Below are positions 41,931-50,586 of a DNA stretch of 64,000 nucleotides, one piece after another. The DNA lies in contig JBBCGK010000001.1 of NCBI GenBank assembly GCA_037200965.1, positions 896,001 to 960,000 of the forward strand, in the 5' to 3' direction. Position 1 is the first letter of the stretch; each line of letters starts with the position of its first letter. The stretch is from a bacterium (lineage in GTDB: Bacteria > Patescibacteriota > Minisyncoccia > Phycocordibacterales > Phycocordibacteraceae). A program made the position numbers and the translations under genes. The notes under the pieces are model-generated. The model was not told the origin of the DNA and did not search any database. It saw only the letters and a program-made list of their open reading frames with translations.

Positions 41931-44738
41931 ATGCGGCCGGATGCATCATTTGAAAAGTCATATAAGCAACTCAATGCGGAGCAGAAACTCGCGGTCGACA
42001 CCGTCGAGGGGCCGGTGATGGTGATCGCGGGACCCGGGACCGGGAAGACCCATATCCTCACGCTCCGCATCGCGAACATCCTCAAGGAAACCCAGGCGAA
42101 CCCCGGAAACATTCTCGCCCTCACGTTCACCGATTCCGCGGCGCGCACGATGAAGAGGCGTCTCGCGGAAATTATCGGAGAAGAATCTGCGCGCGGCGTC
42201 GCCATCGATACGTTCCACGGATTTGCGGGCAGGGTGCTGGAGCGCTTTCCGGACCATTTCGGCGGCTACGGAACAAGACGGCTCATGGGAGACGTCGAAC
42301 AAGTCCTTCTCATGCGCGAGGCGATAGAGACGGCGGACATAGAGGAGATCCGGCCTCCGAAAGCGCCCTATACCTATCTCGACGAACTCCGAACTCTCTA
42401 TGACACGCTTACCCGCGAAGCGGTCCCGCTCGACACGTACCTTGCCTGGGGAACGGAGGAGCGGGCGCGCATACAAAGCGACCCCTCGCTCGCGTACAAG
42501 CGCGGCACGAATACGGGCGAACTCACAAAAGCGGGCCAGGAGCGCCTTGCGCGGATCGGCAAGGTCGACGAGGCGGTGCGCGCGCTTATACGGTATGAGG
42601 AGCTAAAAACGGAAAAGGGAAAGTACGACTTTTCGGATGTTTTGAGGGTGGTCATAGGGCGCATCGGGGAAGACGCGACGCTTCGCGCGGAACTCCAGGA
42701 ACAATATCAGTATGTCCTTGCGGATGAGCACCAGGATGCCAATGCGCTCCAGCACAAGCTGCTTTCGCTGTTCGCGATTGACGATTTCCCGAACATCTTC
42801 ATCGTCGGGGACGAGAAGCAGGCTATCTATCGCTTCCAGGGGGCGGAAGCGGGAGGCTTCGGCGATTTCCTCGCGCAATTCCCGCGAACCAAAGTCATTA
42901 CCCTTGTCTCATCCTTCCGCTCATACCAGGACGTGCTCGACCGGGCGCATGCGGTCATAGAGCCGACAGGCCCTCATACGCGTCTCATCGCCACCCGCGG
43001 CGAGGCAGGCGAGCGCGTATCGCTCATCGTCGGCGCGGATCCTCTTGAGGAGCGTTCCAAAGTCTGCCGAAAGATAGCGGAACTCATAGAAAGCGGCGTC
43101 CCGCCGCACCATATAGCGGTCATAAGCCGGAAAAACGAGATCGCTAATCTTGTCGCGGCGGAGCTTGCCGGTATCGGCGTCCCGGTCCTTCGGGCGGGAG
43201 ATATATCGCTTTCCTCGCGCCCGCTCATCCGTGCCTTTCTCGCGCTCATGACATACGCTGCCGATCCGCTCCGCACTGACGCGCTTCGCGAGGCGCTTCT
43301 TGCGCCATGGTGGGAGCCCCCCTTCATCGAGCGCCTGCAGCTTCTGCGCACGACTTCCGATTCGGAACTTCCCCGCACTCTCGCGAAGCGGTATCCGGAG
43401 GTTGGCGCGATATTTGAAGAGGGGATCCGCCGGGGCGCGTCCCATACGCCGCTCGAATGCTTTTCGGCGCTCATGACTCTTTCCGGTGCCCGCGACTACT
43501 TCCTCGCGCATGCTGACGCGCTCGAGGACCTGCCGCTCATGCGCCATCTTTCAATGCATCTTGAAGAGGCGGCGAGCCTCGAGCCGGAGGCGAGCTTCGC
43601 CGAGGTAATGGCACGGCTTATACGAGCCAGGGAGCATGATCTGAGTCCGCTTAAGGCCGCGGAGACCGAGCGGGAAGGTTCGGTCACGGTCATCACGGCT
43701 CATAAGGCCAAGGGCATGGAATTCGCGCAGGTGTTCATTCCCGACGCGACCGAGCAGGGATGGGAGCGCGGCGGGAAAAGCGCCATGATCCCGAGTCCGT
43801 TCGAGAATAAGCAGGACGAGGGCGATTCGCGAAGGCTCCTCTATGTCGCGCTCACGAGAGCGAAAGACCGTGCGTATCTTTCCTATGCGAGAGAAACCAA
43901 AGACGGCAAAGAGCGTTCCCTCTCCGCGCTTCTGCCGCCCGGCCTCTCGGAAGAGAAAGTCGAAGCTTCGCCGCTCCCGACGCTTCATAGGACAATTGCC
44001 GTATCGGACCTCGTGCGGCAGCTCGCGCGCGATTATCTCGTGAATGATGGCCTTGCGCCGACGGCGCTCAACCAGTATCTGCATTCACCCGCGGAATTCT
44101 TCGCTTCCCGTGTTCTTCGCATCAAGGAGCCGCCAAACGGCCCGACGATCCTTGGGAGCGCGGTGCATACGGCCGTTGCCGCTTTCCTTGAAGGGAAAGG
44201 TGAAGCGGCTGCGTATGCCGCGCTCGCACGCGCATTCGCGACTTCGCTCCTGCCGCGCGATGCGGTCTTCAGCGTGCTTGAGCGCGAGGCCCGCGAGATA
44301 TTCGCCGCATACCTTTTGAGGCCGCTTCCTACTGGCACTCCACGACTCATCGAGGAGTCGTTCGACACGATTCGCGAAGTCGCGGGCGTCTTGGTCCGCA
44401 TGAAGGGAAATATCGACGCGGTATTCGATACGCCGGAAGGGGCGTGCATCGTCGACTTCAAGACCGGAAGCAGCGTCTCCGCGAAGAACCAGGAATATGT
44501 GCGTCAGCTTATGTATTATGTGCATCTCCTTGAAAAAAACGGCGAAGTTCCTACGCGCGCTTCCCTTGTGGCGCTTACGGCAAGCGCCGTCAAGGAACTT
44601 CCCGTTCCGGTCACGGAAGAATCAAAGCGCGAGATGCTTGCCGAGTTTGATGCTGTAGCTACCGAGCTTCTGTCCGGGAAATGGCGAGCGGGGGAGCCGT
44701 CGCAGTACGATGCGCTCCTTCGGCTTTTTAATGCCTGA
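41931..44738 (+). CDS. UvrD/AddA-family ATP-dependent helicase with C-terminal PD-(D/E)XK (Cas4/AddB-like) nuclease domain
   Basis: Walker A AGPGTGKT, UvrD motifs, C-terminal …IDAVFDTPEGACIVDFKTGS…QLMYY… nuclease motif. TATACT-N6-ATG start. Confidence 0.8.
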   Translation: MRPDASFEKSYKQLNAEQKLAVDTVEGPVMVIAGPGTGKTHILTLRIANILKETQANPGNILALTFTDSAARTMKRRLAEIIGEESARGVAIDTFHGFAGRVLERFPDHFGGYGTRRLMGDVEQVLLMREAIETADIEEIRPPKAPYTYLDELRTLYDTLTREAVPLDTYLAWGTEERARIQSDPSLAYKRGTNTGELTKAGQERLARIGKVDEAVRALIRYEELKTEKGKYDFSDVLRVVIGRIGEDATLRAELQEQYQYVLADEHQDANALQHKLLSLFAIDDFPNIFIVGDEKQAIYRFQGAEAGGFGDFLAQFPRTKVITLVSSFRSYQDVLDRAHAVIEPTGPHTRLIATRGEAGERVSLIVGADPLEERSKVCRKIAELIESGVPPHHIAVISRKNEIANLVAAELAGIGVPVLRAGDISLSSRPLIRAFLALMTYAADPLRTDALREALLAPWWEPPFIERLQLLRTTSDSELPRTLAKRYPEVGAIFEEGIRRGASHTPLECFSALMTLSGARDYFLAHADALEDLPLMRHLSMHLEEAASLEPEASFAEVMARLIRAREHDLSPLKAAETEREGSVTVITAHKAKGMEFAQVFIPDATEQGWERGGKSAMIPSPFENKQDEGDSRRLLYVALTRAKDRAYLSYARETKDGKERSLSALLPPGLSEEKVEASPLPTLHRTIAVSDLVRQLARDYLVNDGLAPTALNQYLHSPAEFFASRVLRIKEPPNGPTILGSAVHTAVAAFLEGKGEAAAYAALARAFATSLLPRDAVFSVLEREAREIFAAYLLRPLPTGTPRLIEESFDTIREVAGVLVRMKGNIDAVFDTPEGACIVDFKTGSSVSAKNQEYVRQLMYYVHLLEKNGEVPTRASLVALTASAVKELPVPVTEESKREMLAEFDAVATELLSGKWRAGEPSQYDALLRLFNA

Positions 44739-44882
44739 TGGCCGGGATCGTGTCTACGTGCCTGTAAAACGGCTTATACTAGGGAGGATTTTAGTGCGAT
44801 TCCTTGACAGATCTGTAGAGTCATGTATACTACGCTCAGTACCGAGGGCATGAGCCTGGTCCAATTGAAGGAGGTCATTCAT

Positions 44883-45314
44883 ATGCGTATAACTATGATT
44901 CTGGCCGTTATCGGCCTGGCATTCACTCTCACGGCGTGCGATGACGCCGTCGGTGAGAGCGCCTGCCAGAAGCGCTACACGTCCGCGGAGTGCGTCATGC
45001 ACACCGACGCGGTTGCGATCTCGAAGGCGCTCGGTGCAGGCGTCTGGACCCGCGTGAATGACGTCTATATCGCGAACGCCTCCGAGCGCTACCGCGTTCT
45101 CGCGGCCCGCGCGGACGGCAAGATCACGGTCACGGTCCAGGTCAGGGACGACCTGCCGCTCTGGCGCGCCTACGACCTCGATGCCCGCGGCAATCTGATC
45201 GCGGTGCGCGGCCAGATCGCGCACTATCCCGAAGGCGCCGATCCGAAGGACTGGGCCGAGGTCCATCGCGCCGCCACCGAGTTCTTCTTAAACCATAAAG
45301 CCCAGGAGGGCTAG
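44883..45314 (+). CDS. lipoprotein, hypothetical
   Basis: aaggagg Shine-Dalgarno sequence. MRITMILAVIGLAFTLTAC lipobox. Confidence 0.5.
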   Translation: MRITMILAVIGLAFTLTACDDAVGESACQKRYTSAECVMHTDAVAISKALGAGVWTRVNDVYIANASERYRVLAARADGKITVTVQVRDDLPLWRAYDLDARGNLIAVRGQIAHYPEGADPKDWAEVHRAATEFFLNHKAQEG

Positions 45315-45359
45315 CGCATCCCGAGAACCCATCCTCGCACGGAAACGTGCGGGGATGTT

Positions 45360-46073
45360 CTATTTCACCGCCGCAAGCGCGGCTTCGACCTTCTGCTTCA
45401 TCGTATCGTACGGGAATGCGCCGTTTATGAGAACGGGTTCCGATCCCCGGACGAGGATGACGCTATAGGGCGTACCGTTCGCGCCTGCCGCCTTTGCATT
45501 ATCGGAGTCGGCCGCGACGCGGTCCTTGGCGGTGCCAGCCGAAAGGCAGGCGGTGACGGCGTCTCCGGAGACCCCTGCTTGCGTTGCAAGGCTCGGATAC
45601 GTCGACGGGTCGGCGGGCTGGTTCGCGAACAGGAGATCGCTGAATTTCCAGTATGCTTCGTTCCCGCCGAGATTCGCGACGCATTCGGAAGCTTCCGCGG
45701 CACTTTGTGCGTTCGGATGCAGCTCGGTCAGGGGGAAATTGCGGAATATCCAGGCAACCTGCCCGTTTGCTCCATACTCGTTCACGATCCGGTGGAGGGT
45801 GTCGTTGAAAGATTTGCAGAACGGACAGTCGAAGTCGGAATATTCGACAATGATGACCGGCGCGGCGGGATTCCCGAGGATATGGTCGTCCGAGCCTGGC
45901 GGCCGCACCAAGGAAAGGTCACTTGTCGCTCCCGCAGTATCGGTGACGTTTTTCGAACTTACGTAATACACGGCGCTTGCGACAATGAGGCCGGAAACGA
46001 TGAGTACGGCCGGGATGAGGATGTTTTGGGACATGGAAGAAGTATAAAGGGGAGAGAGGGAAGCGCAAGGCAT
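45360..46073 (-). CDS. DsbA-like thiol:disulfide oxidoreductase (membrane-anchored)
   Basis: CPFC active site (…YSDFDCPFCKSFN…) in a thioredoxin fold, with an N-terminal TM helix. Confidence 0.75.
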   Translation of the reverse strand: MPCASLSPLYTSSMSQNILIPAVLIVSGLIVASAVYYVSSKNVTDTAGATSDLSLVRPPGSDDHILGNPAAPVIIVEYSDFDCPFCKSFNDTLHRIVNEYGANGQVAWIFRNFPLTELHPNAQSAAEASECVANLGGNEAYWKFSDLLFANQPADPSTYPSLATQAGVSGDAVTACLSAGTAKDRVAADSDNAKAAGANGTPYSVILVRGSEPVLINGAFPYDTMKQKVEAALAAVK

Positions 46074-46111
46074 TTTATCCCGTCCTTATTTTCCTTCGGT
46101 ACAGTATCAGC

Positions 46112-46498
46112 ATGAAGAAGGATTTTGACGGATGGAACGACCAGAAGAAGTCGATTGACGAGCGTGCCCACGCGCCGCTCTATCATGAAGGTGAAGTTCG
46201 GTGGTGCCGCCTAGGCACGAACATCGGATTCGAGCAGGATGGTACCGGAAACGGCCGAGCGCGTCCGGTGCTTATCCTCAAAGGATTCAGCAGGCAAGTG
46301 TGCCTAGTCGTTCCGCTTACCAGTTCGCAAAAGAAGAATCCATACCATGTTTCTGCTGGAAGGATAGGAGGGCGTGATGCCTTCGCGATTATTTCCCAAG
46401 TGCGGCTTATCGATACGAAACGATTGGATCAGCCTCTCGTCTATCTCGAGCACGCAGTATTTGAACGTATCAGAAAAGCCGTCAGAAACTTGTTCTGA
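46112..46498 (+). CDS. MazF/PemK-family endoribonuclease toxin (no adjacent antitoxin ORF)
   Basis: …FDGWNDQKKSIDER…EGEVRWCRLGTNIGFEQDG…RPVLILK…VVPLTSS…RLIDTKRL, typical MazF-like layout. Confidence 0.6.
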   Translation: MKKDFDGWNDQKKSIDERAHAPLYHEGEVRWCRLGTNIGFEQDGTGNGRARPVLILKGFSRQVCLVVPLTSSQKKNPYHVSAGRIGGRDAFAIISQVRLIDTKRLDQPLVYLEHAVFERIRKAVRNLF

Positions 46499-46581
46499 CG
46501 GCTTTCCCCGTTCTCCCCTTGCGGGGCAGGCCTAAGGCATTTGTCCAGAAAGTGTATTCCTTTCTGCCGCACTGTCAATAC

Positions 46582-47160
46582 TTAAAAAGGCAGCGTGTGG
46601 GTAAGGGAAGGGGCTTCGGGAAGTTCTCCCCATTTCGACGTGTCGAGCTTGATATCGCGGATTTCGCGCAAATCCTTATACTTCAGCGTCTTGTTTTTGA
46701 GGGCATAGTCGTAGAGCTCGCGGGTAAGCCGCACGTCCTCGATGCAGTAGGCGCGAACCTTGTCATAGAGTCCCTCCCGCCACCACTCCATCGCCTTGAG
46801 TCCCTCTCCGGTTTTCCCGCGCCCAAGCGTCGCCTGCGCGAGATTGTCGAGGCGGATACGCCGCCCGAGCGCTCCGTACACCTCGGAAAGAAGATCGAGG
46901 CTCTTGATCTTCCCGAGGTCGCCCGGATAGTAGCGGTTGAGGAGCGGTATGTCGAACGAATCGGAGTTGAATCCGACGAGCATGTCCGTTCGCTCAAGGA
47001 CGGACCACAGCGCCGGAAGTTCTTCCACGGTATATGACGTATACGCACCGGTGTCCGAATCGTGGATGCCGACGACGGTCAGCTGCTGCTCGGTCACATC
47101 AACCCGGCCGAGAACGGCCGAGTCCGAAATGCTTTCGATGTCGAACGTGACGACGCGCAT
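46582..47160 (-). CDS. DEDDy-type 3'-5' exonuclease (DnaQ-like/RNase H-like fold)
   Basis: Exo I FDIES, Exo II GFNSDSFD, Exo III YCIEDV. Start overlaps the hisS stop. Confidence 0.65.
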   Translation of the reverse strand: MRVVTFDIESISDSAVLGRVDVTEQQLTVVGIHDSDTGAYTSYTVEELPALWSVLERTDMLVGFNSDSFDIPLLNRYYPGDLGKIKSLDLLSEVYGALGRRIRLDNLAQATLGRGKTGEGLKAMEWWREGLYDKVRAYCIEDVRLTRELYDYALKNKTLKYKDLREIRDIKLDTSKWGELPEAPSLTHTLPF

Positions 47161-47161
47161 G

Positions 47162-48430
47162 CTAGCGGTTTTTCGCTATCCAGAGGGCGACCGCCGCCGC
47201 GTCGACAAGCGTCGTGGTCTCGAATTGCGGCAGGTCCTTAAGCGCGGGCGCTTTGCCGCCCGCCTCGTCTTTGCCGTACGCGAGGAAGTAGCGGATGCCG
47301 CGCTTTTCGGCCTCCTTCGCCTGGTCGCCAAGCGCCTTGTCCCGAAGATTCGTGAACGCACGGACTCCTTTCATGCGCAATTCGTCGGCGAACGTCTCCG
47401 CGGCGCGCACGCCGTCTTTTTCCGTCCCGATATAGATCTCGGGAGACGAGGAGCGCCTCGGCAGGTATCCGTGCGTCTCAAGAAAGTCCGCAAAGCTCAC
47501 GTCGCCGACCGCAAAGCCGACTGCGGGAAGCGGGTCGCCGCCAAATAGCGCTACCAGTTCGTCGTAGCGTCCGCCGCCAAATAGCGCGCGGGGGTTCGCA
47601 GGATCGGTATCGAAGACTTCGAATACGAGATCGGTGTAGTAATCGAAGCCGCGGACAAGCGCGGGATCGAACAGAGCGTTCCCGATACCCTCCTCGTGGA
47701 GCGCTTCGACGAACGCCAGAATGCGGTCTTTCTCCCGCCGTACCCCCTCGTTCGTCGCGGACTCGATCTCGTCGAGCGGATCTTTCTGTGAAAGCGCCCG
47801 CGCGGCAGCTTCCCACTCGGCAGGCGGCATCTTTTCCTTCTTGTCCAAAAGGCGCGTGTACGCGCGCATCGCTTCGGGATCAAGTCCTGCGGCCAGGGCC
47901 GCGCAGGACAGGAGCTTCCTCGAATTGATGCGGATTACGTACTCTTCGCGTTTCGCGCCGAACGCTTTCATGATCCGGCTCGCGACGGTAACGATTTCCC
48001 GGTCCGCTTCTCCCGCGGGGAGTCCCACCAGATCGACGTCGATCTGATAGAACTCGCGAAGACGGCCTTTCTGCGGCCGTTCATATCGGAAGCGGCTGCC
48101 GATCGAAAACCACCGAAGCGGGAACGCGAGCTCCCGGCGCTTCCCGGCGATCATGCGCGCGAGCGTCGGCGTCATCTCGGGGCGCAGCGTGACGCTTCTG
48201 CCCCCGCGGTCAGTGAATGTGTAGGTTTGCTCGTTGATAATCTCCTCGTTGCCCTTGCTGAGGTACAGCTCCGAGCGCTCCATCGGAGAGGCGTTGTATT
48301 CTTCGTATCCCCAGAGCTCAAGCACGTTCCGCGCCGTACTGAAAATGCCCGTGAGCTGCGCCCAGTCTTCGGGATAGAAATCGCGCACTCCTTTGTAAGG
48401 CTCGGTATCGAGCTTTCCGCGCTCCGTCAT
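47162..48430 (-). CDS. hisS: histidine--tRNA ligase
   Basis: Class II motifs and HisRS-specific regions (…GVRDFYPED…, …FQIDVDLVG…, …GGGRYDELV…). Confidence 0.93.
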   Translation of the reverse strand: MTERGKLDTEPYKGVRDFYPEDWAQLTGIFSTARNVLELWGYEEYNASPMERSELYLSKGNEEIINEQTYTFTDRGGRSVTLRPEMTPTLARMIAGKRRELAFPLRWFSIGSRFRYERPQKGRLREFYQIDVDLVGLPAGEADREIVTVASRIMKAFGAKREEYVIRINSRKLLSCAALAAGLDPEAMRAYTRLLDKKEKMPPAEWEAAARALSQKDPLDEIESATNEGVRREKDRILAFVEALHEEGIGNALFDPALVRGFDYYTDLVFEVFDTDPANPRALFGGGRYDELVALFGGDPLPAVGFAVGDVSFADFLETHGYLPRRSSSPEIYIGTEKDGVRAAETFADELRMKGVRAFTNLRDKALGDQAKEAEKRGIRYFLAYGKDEAGGKAPALKDLPQFETTTLVDAAAVALWIAKNR

Positions 48431-48466
48431 GCGCTGTAGTGTAGCAGATGCAGGGATGCCAGGGAA

Positions 48467-49030
48467 CTAGGATTCTAGTTTCTGCCCTTCCCGCAAATGC
48501 AAATCGGCTATTTCGTGCATGATGAGATCCCGAAGTCCTTGCGGGTCCCGTATGCCGTGCATCAGAAACAGCTCGTCATGCCCCGCGGTCTCGACATGAA
48601 TGGTGCCGAATCCGAAGAGGGTCGGGAGGATACCGTTCACGTTGGTCGTGACGTCCTGTATGTGCGCGAGCAGGAAGCTCGACACTTCGCGCCGGAAGAA
48701 GCCGAACTGATGGATGTCGACGACGCGCTCTGTCGTGATTACCCACACGTCGAGGAAATAGCGGGTGAAGACATTAAATGCGCCGATCCAGAGGAAAAAC
48801 CACCACACGCCAAGGCCGAACCTCGCCCACGGCCCTTCAAAGCCCGCTGTCTGCGTGAGAAAGTGAGCTCCGGCAGGCTGTACCGACGCGATAAGGTTGA
48901 TGGCCTCCGGGATAAGGAGCGGCGCGAGCGCGAGGAGCGCGTAGGGGATAAGCTCGATCGCGAATACGATCCAGTGCTTTCGTACCGAAAGAGTGATTCG
49001 TTCGCCCGGTTCGAGTTCGAATTCTTCCAT
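48467..49030 (-). CDS. membrane protein with bacterial PH (bPH_2/YdbT-like) domain
   Basis: Two N-terminal TM helices followed by a PH-like domain (…LTSVRKHWIVF…). Confidence 0.55.
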   Translation of the reverse strand: MEEFELEPGERITLSVRKHWIVFAIELIPYALLALAPLLIPEAINLIASVQPAGAHFLTQTAGFEGPWARFGLGVWWFFLWIGAFNVFTRYFLDVWVITTERVVDIHQFGFFRREVSSFLLAHIQDVTTNVNGILPTLFGFGTIHVETAGHDELFLMHGIRDPQGLRDLIMHEIADLHLREGQKLES

Positions 49031-49033
49031 ATT

Positions 49034-49279
49034 TTAATGAAAGCCGCTGAGGGCGTATGCCGCTATCGACGCGGAGACGAATACGTGCGCCGCAAGGGCC
49101 GGAATGGCGACGGCTGAACTGTGGCCGTACCGGAGCCAGTGATATGCCGCCACGAGCGTATAGACGGCCCAGAGTCCGAAGAGAACGGCGACGATGACCG
49201 GCAGAAAATGTTCCAGGTCGACAGTGCCAAGATAGGAGGCGAGCGGGAACTGGACCGGGGGAAGCGTCTCTCCTTGCAT
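49034..49279 (-). CDS. small membrane protein (81 aa)
   Basis: ORF with two predicted TM helices; 3-nt gap to the downstream gene. Confidence 0.35.
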   Translation of the reverse strand: MQGETLPPVQFPLASYLGTVDLEHFLPVIVAVLFGLWAVYTLVAAYHWLRYGHSSAVAIPALAAHVFVSASIAAYALSGFH

Positions 49280-49281
49280 CG

Positions 49282-50040
49282 CTAATAGTATGCCATGACA
49301 AGCCGGGGGCGGCCATAGTGGTCGTTGCGCAACCCGGCGCGCATAGCGCCGTTCTTCGTGAAAAGAGCGAGCGCTTCCGGGCCGCGCCCGCTATCGACTT
49401 CGCACCAAAGCTCGCCGCCAGGATTCATATGCGCCGGCGCGGTTTTAGCGATTTCGCGGATAAGAGACAGTCCGTCGCTTCCGGCAAACAGCGCCAGCCG
49501 CGGTTCCCACGCGGCTACGTCCGCGTCGAGCGCCCGGCCTTCGGGAATATAGGGCGGATTGGCTGCGATCACGTCAAAGGTCTCATCGCCAAACGGTTTG
49601 AAGAGATCCCCCGTCCTCACCCGGCAGCGCCGCTCGTCAAGCCCGTTCGAGCGCATGTTGTTCCCGATCTGCGCGGCGTGTTCCGGAACAAGTTCCCCGA
49701 AGGATACTTCCGCATCCGGTATGTGCTTAAGCACGGCAAGACCGATCGCGCCCGATCCCGCACACATATCGAGAAAGCGAAAGTTCCGCGTTCCGAATCG
49801 CGACCTCAGATGCGCGATCATGTTTTCCGTCCACCATTCCGTTTCGGGGCGGGGGATAAGCGGCCGGGAGCCGAGTCCTATCCTAAGTCCGAGAAAGGGT
49901 ATCCAGCCGATCACGTATGCGAGCGGTTCGCCGCTTGCAAGGCGCGCCCGGTCGCGTTCGAACTCTTCGCATGCTCTGCCGGCGTATTTTTCATCGAGAA
50001 GCTGCCGCTCTTCTTTGGTAAGCACGGTCATCGGCCGCAT
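49282..50040 (-). CDS. prmC: release-factor glutamine N5-methyltransferase
   Basis: SAM motif DMCAGSGAIG and NPPY motif ANPPYIPEG. Start at M29 of ORF 49282..50124 (TTTAAT-N6-ATG). Confidence 0.85.
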   Translation of the reverse strand: MRPMTVLTKEERQLLDEKYAGRACEEFERDRARLASGEPLAYVIGWIPFLGLRIGLGSRPLIPRPETEWWTENMIAHLRSRFGTRNFRFLDMCAGSGAIGLAVLKHIPDAEVSFGELVPEHAAQIGNNMRSNGLDERRCRVRTGDLFKPFGDETFDVIAANPPYIPEGRALDADVAAWEPRLALFAGSDGLSLIREIAKTAPAHMNPGGELWCEVDSGRGPEALALFTKNGAMRAGLRNDHYGRPRLVMAYY

Positions 50041-50055
50041 GCTACCATTAAAACC

Positions 50056-50490
50056 ATGCGCATACATTTCTGGAATACGGTTTTCGGGCTTCTTTTTATC
50101 CTCCTCGTTATTTCCGGAACCCACTGGCTTGCCGCGCAGGGGAAGCTTCCATCTTCCGTTTCCCTCGGCGCATTCATGCTCATGGCTCTCGCTATTTTCC
50201 GGCTCGTGCGCCTCTTTACGTACGACAACATCACCGCCTTCGTGCGCGGCTGGTTCGAGGGCTGTCGTCCGGGCTCGTGCGCCGGTACGCTCGGCACTCT
50301 TATCAACTGCCCGTGGTGCACGGGGCTCTGGTTCGCCTTCTTCGTACCCTTCTTTTACTACGCGACCCCGTATGCCTGGTTCCCCATCCTCATTCTCGCC
50401 CTGGCCGCGGTCGGTTCCTTTTTCCAGATCGTCTCGAATCTTGCGGGCTGGTATGCCGAAGGAAAGAAGCTGGAAGTACGGGGCCGTTAG
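50056..50490 (+). CDS. DUF1360-like integral membrane protein
   Basis: Only the C-terminal 144 aa of ORF 49318..50490 are non-antisense. CPWCTGLWFAFFVPFF motif with multiple TM helices. Confidence 0.55.
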   Translation: MRIHFWNTVFGLLFILLVISGTHWLAAQGKLPSSVSLGAFMLMALAIFRLVRLFTYDNITAFVRGWFEGCRPGSCAGTLGTLINCPWCTGLWFAFFVPFFYYATPYAWFPILILALAAVGSFFQIVSNLAGWYAEGKKLEVRGR

Positions 50491-50499
50491 CTATCCACA
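50491..50499 (+). promoter_or_regulatory. single DnaA-box-like 9-mer (CTATCCACA, 8/9 to consensus) upstream of dnaA
   Basis: Only one near-consensus box was found in either flank of dnaA. Confidence 0.3.
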
Positions 50500-50586
50500 T
50501 TGCGTTTATGTACCCGAAGCATATACTCGCCCATTAGATAGAGGGGCTAATCAAGGTCTTTCTATAGAACCCGAAGGGGGTCAACA

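Noticed and set aside
49318-50490. 390-aa plus-strand ORF
   Set aside because: The first ~245 aa are antisense to prmC (which has SAM and NPPY motifs). Only the C-terminal 144 aa (50056..50490, DUF1360-like membrane protein) are plausible.
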